DNA of 64,000 nucleotides, taken from Chrysomallon squamiferum. Taxonomy: Eukaryota > Animalia > Mollusca. The DNA lies in contig CM022677.1 in the NCBI GenBank assembly GCA_012295275.1, positions 27,466,001 through 27,530,000 of the forward strand. The letters are read 5' to 3'. This document shows positions 1 to 64,000 of this stretch, piece after piece; the first letter of the stretch is position 1, and the number at the start of each line of letters is the position of its first letter. The notes beneath the pieces are model-generated. The model saw only the letters and a list, made by a program, of their open reading frames with translations, was not told the origin of the DNA and did no database searches. Made by a program: the position numbers and the translations under genes.

Positions 1-420
1 TCTTAAAATGACACCAATATTTTATTTTTTATTTTATTTTTAATACTGTATATTTTACTCTTTCCTGACATTTTAACAAAAAGACACAGATATTTTTATT
101 TTAACTGGTTTTGTTTTACAAAACACTATACATTTTATTCTTACTTAACACTTTAATAAGATTTTTAGTATAATTCATGATTCTTGCTACTACACATTTC
201 ACTCTCACTTGACATTTTAATAAGAATAAAAAACATTTTTATCTTTACTTGTCATTTTTTTTAAACACTAAAACATTTTATTTTTACTTCACACTTCAAC
301 AAGAAACAGCTATTTTAATCTTTACGTCACATTTTTCGATACTACACACTTCATTCTCACTTGACACTTTAACTGGACACAAACATTTTGACATTTCGGT
401 GACAGATATTTTAGTTTATT
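1..420. repeat. Degenerate tandem repeat of about 55-60 bp (TTCTCACTTGACACTTTAA-like core)
   Basis: Recurrent variants near 60, 138, 202, 244, 353. Confidence 0.5.
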
Positions 421-425
421 CTCAC

Positions 426-61811
<61,386 letters not shown>

Positions 61812-62002
61812 CTGTGCAAAAATAAAAGTTAAATTTTTTAATTTTATTTAATTGGTTTTTTTTTTTTAAATAATAGAGTGTATGAAGAATAAGAAAAGGA
61901 AATAAATCAATAAATAAATCAATCAGTCAAATTAATAAATTCATAAATAAATTAATAAATAAATAAAAAAATAAAAAAATAAATAAAAATAAATAAAATA
62001 AA

Positions 62003-62033
<31 letters not shown>

Positions 62034-62944
62034 ACATAAACAAACAACTAAATAAATAAATTACAAATAATAATGATGATAATGATTATGATGATAATAA
62101 TAAAGATGCTATTTATCTTGATGATGATTATTAATATTATGATGATAATAGGAACAAAATTAAAATGGAAAAAATGACTGCTTTTGTAGCTTATGAAACA
62201 GAACAAAATCAATAAAAAATATCTTAATAAAATGTTTGAATATAAGGCTTTAATAATAAATGAAAATAAAAATAATGAAGAAACCTATAATATTTACAGT
62301 TTAAAAAAGAAATGAATAACTGATATTTCTAGATCTTTAGAATAAAAATTAGAATGAAGATGATTTTCTTTTTTTAATTTCTTTTATAATAGCATCTTCA
62401 AATTATATTTAAATGAATTTTTTATTTAATATTTTTTTTTATTTTAGTTATTTAACAAAAGTGGTATTTACTGATTTCATTTCATTTAAAAGTACCATCT
62501 TTCTCTCTCTCTCTCTCTCTCTCAATCATATTTTTTTTTACTATTAATATGTTAACAACAACAAGAGCAGCAACAATTACAAATACAAGAAATATAGCAC
62601 AAACAACAACAACAACAACAACAACAATTACAACCATAACAAAACAGTATTAATTAATTTAAAAGAAAGAAAAAAACAACAACAGATAACAAAATGAAAC
62701 AAAAAAATAAAAGAACAATGAAATTAAAAACTATTAAACCAACAGGGCAGGCAACAAAACAACAAACAAAAAAAAAAAAAAAAAAAAAAAGGAAAAAGGA
62801 AAAAAAAATAAAGAACCCACAACAGATTTTAAATACATTTTGTTTTATTACTTCTGAAACAGAATAAATAAATTTATATCACATGATTATTTAAAGAAAT
62901 TTTTCTTCTTGAAATTTCTGAATCCCTTTTATTAATATGTAAAG

Positions 62945-63790
62945 TTTCTTAAAATCCTTCCCATTTCTCAGTTGAGTAAACTTTCTCCTTAAAAATCCTT
63001 CATTCCCTTTTCTTAATGAACTTTAACCTTAAAAATGTTTCATTCCCTTTTCTTAATGAACTGTATCCTTAAAAATCCTTCAATCCCTTTTCTTAATGAA
63101 CTTTAACCTTAAAAATGTTTCAATCCCTTTTCTTAATGAACTGTTCCTCAAAAATTTTCAGTTTTCTTAATGAATTTTTATTTAAAATTTTGAAATCTAA
63201 AGTTTCCTTTAAAATTATTCATTCCAATACAAGGTTCTTTCAGCATATAAGTTTTTATTTAAAAATCTTAGATTCAGGTTCCTTTTATTATTCCTCACCA
63301 ATACAAGGTTCCTCCAGCATATGAAGTTCTTGTTTAAAAATCTTAGATTCAGTCTCCATATAATATCTTCCTTATGACAATAGTTTCCCCACTTTATGTT
63401 AATTATAAACATCATCCCTTAAAATCCAAGATTTCCTTTTGTATAAAGTGTAAACATGATCCTTACAATCCCAGATTTCCTTTTAAAAAAAGTATAAACA
63501 TGATCCTTATGATCCTAGATTTCCTTTTTGTATAATGTATAAACATGATCCTTAAAATCCTAGATTCCTTTTTGTCATATAATGTATAAACATGATCCTT
63601 AAAATCCTAGATTTCCTTTTTAAGAATAATGTATAAATATAATCAATAAAATCCTGCACTTCCTTTTCGTGTAAGTAAACATGATCCTTAAAATTCTAGA
63701 TTTCTTTTTCATAAAAAAGTGTAAACATCATTCCTTTCAAATTGGAGATTTCCTTTTCATATGAAGTGTAAACATTCTTAAAATCTTCAT
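62945..63790. repeat. Degenerate minisatellites of about 40 bp (AAAAATCCTTCATTCCCTTTTCTTAATGAAC; TAAACATGATCCTTAAAATCCTAGATTTCCTTTT)
   Basis: Direct inspection. Confidence 0.85.
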
Positions 63791-64000
63791 TTTTTACGTA
63801 TAATACAGAACACCCATCCTCCATACAATCATAGATCAACTCCTACCCATCCTAGGACATTTTTCTAGGCTTTCAGATCCTCCATTTTTTTTTGTCAGCC
63901 TTTACACAGAAATCCTTCAGCCTTGTTTAAGCTGAATAAGCTTCAAGTACAAAATATTCCAGAGATTCAGTAACTATTCTTAGAAAGTATCTATTTTCAG

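Noticed and set aside
61812-64000. A further upstream exon or promoter
   Set aside because: Only AT-rich and tandem-repeat sequence is visible; the N-terminal tail exons must lie beyond the window.

Overview
Eukaryotic (metazoan) genomic DNA with very microsatellite-rich introns; no prokaryotic features. The window lies inside one large minus-strand gene for an axonemal inner-arm dynein heavy chain, best matching DNAH6. I traced 60 consecutive exons (w1-w60 in transcription order, 61811 down to 426, about 9.8 kb or 3,280 codons) from the neck/linker through AAA1-AAA4, the stalk and microtubule-binding domain, AAA5-AAA6 and into the C-terminal domain. The start and stop codons lie outside the window. 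57 exons splice in frame with GT-AG junctions. Three (w6, w55, w60) carry frameshifts or stops in a pattern that looks more like assembly or consensus error than pseudogenisation. The main unexplained pattern is that many intronic tandem repeats are amplified copies of this gene's own splice signals: exon-end plus donor units, acceptor plus exon-start units (some forming frame-preserving candidate microexons), donor-like GTGAGT/GTCAGT microsatellites, and a 1.4 kb array of perfect TACTAAC branchpoint/STAR-protein motifs. Also seen: a 210 bp intronic palindrome, RFX X-box and M-box/CLEAR-like motifs, one minisatellite core shared by three introns, and strong exon-to-exon differences in GC3.
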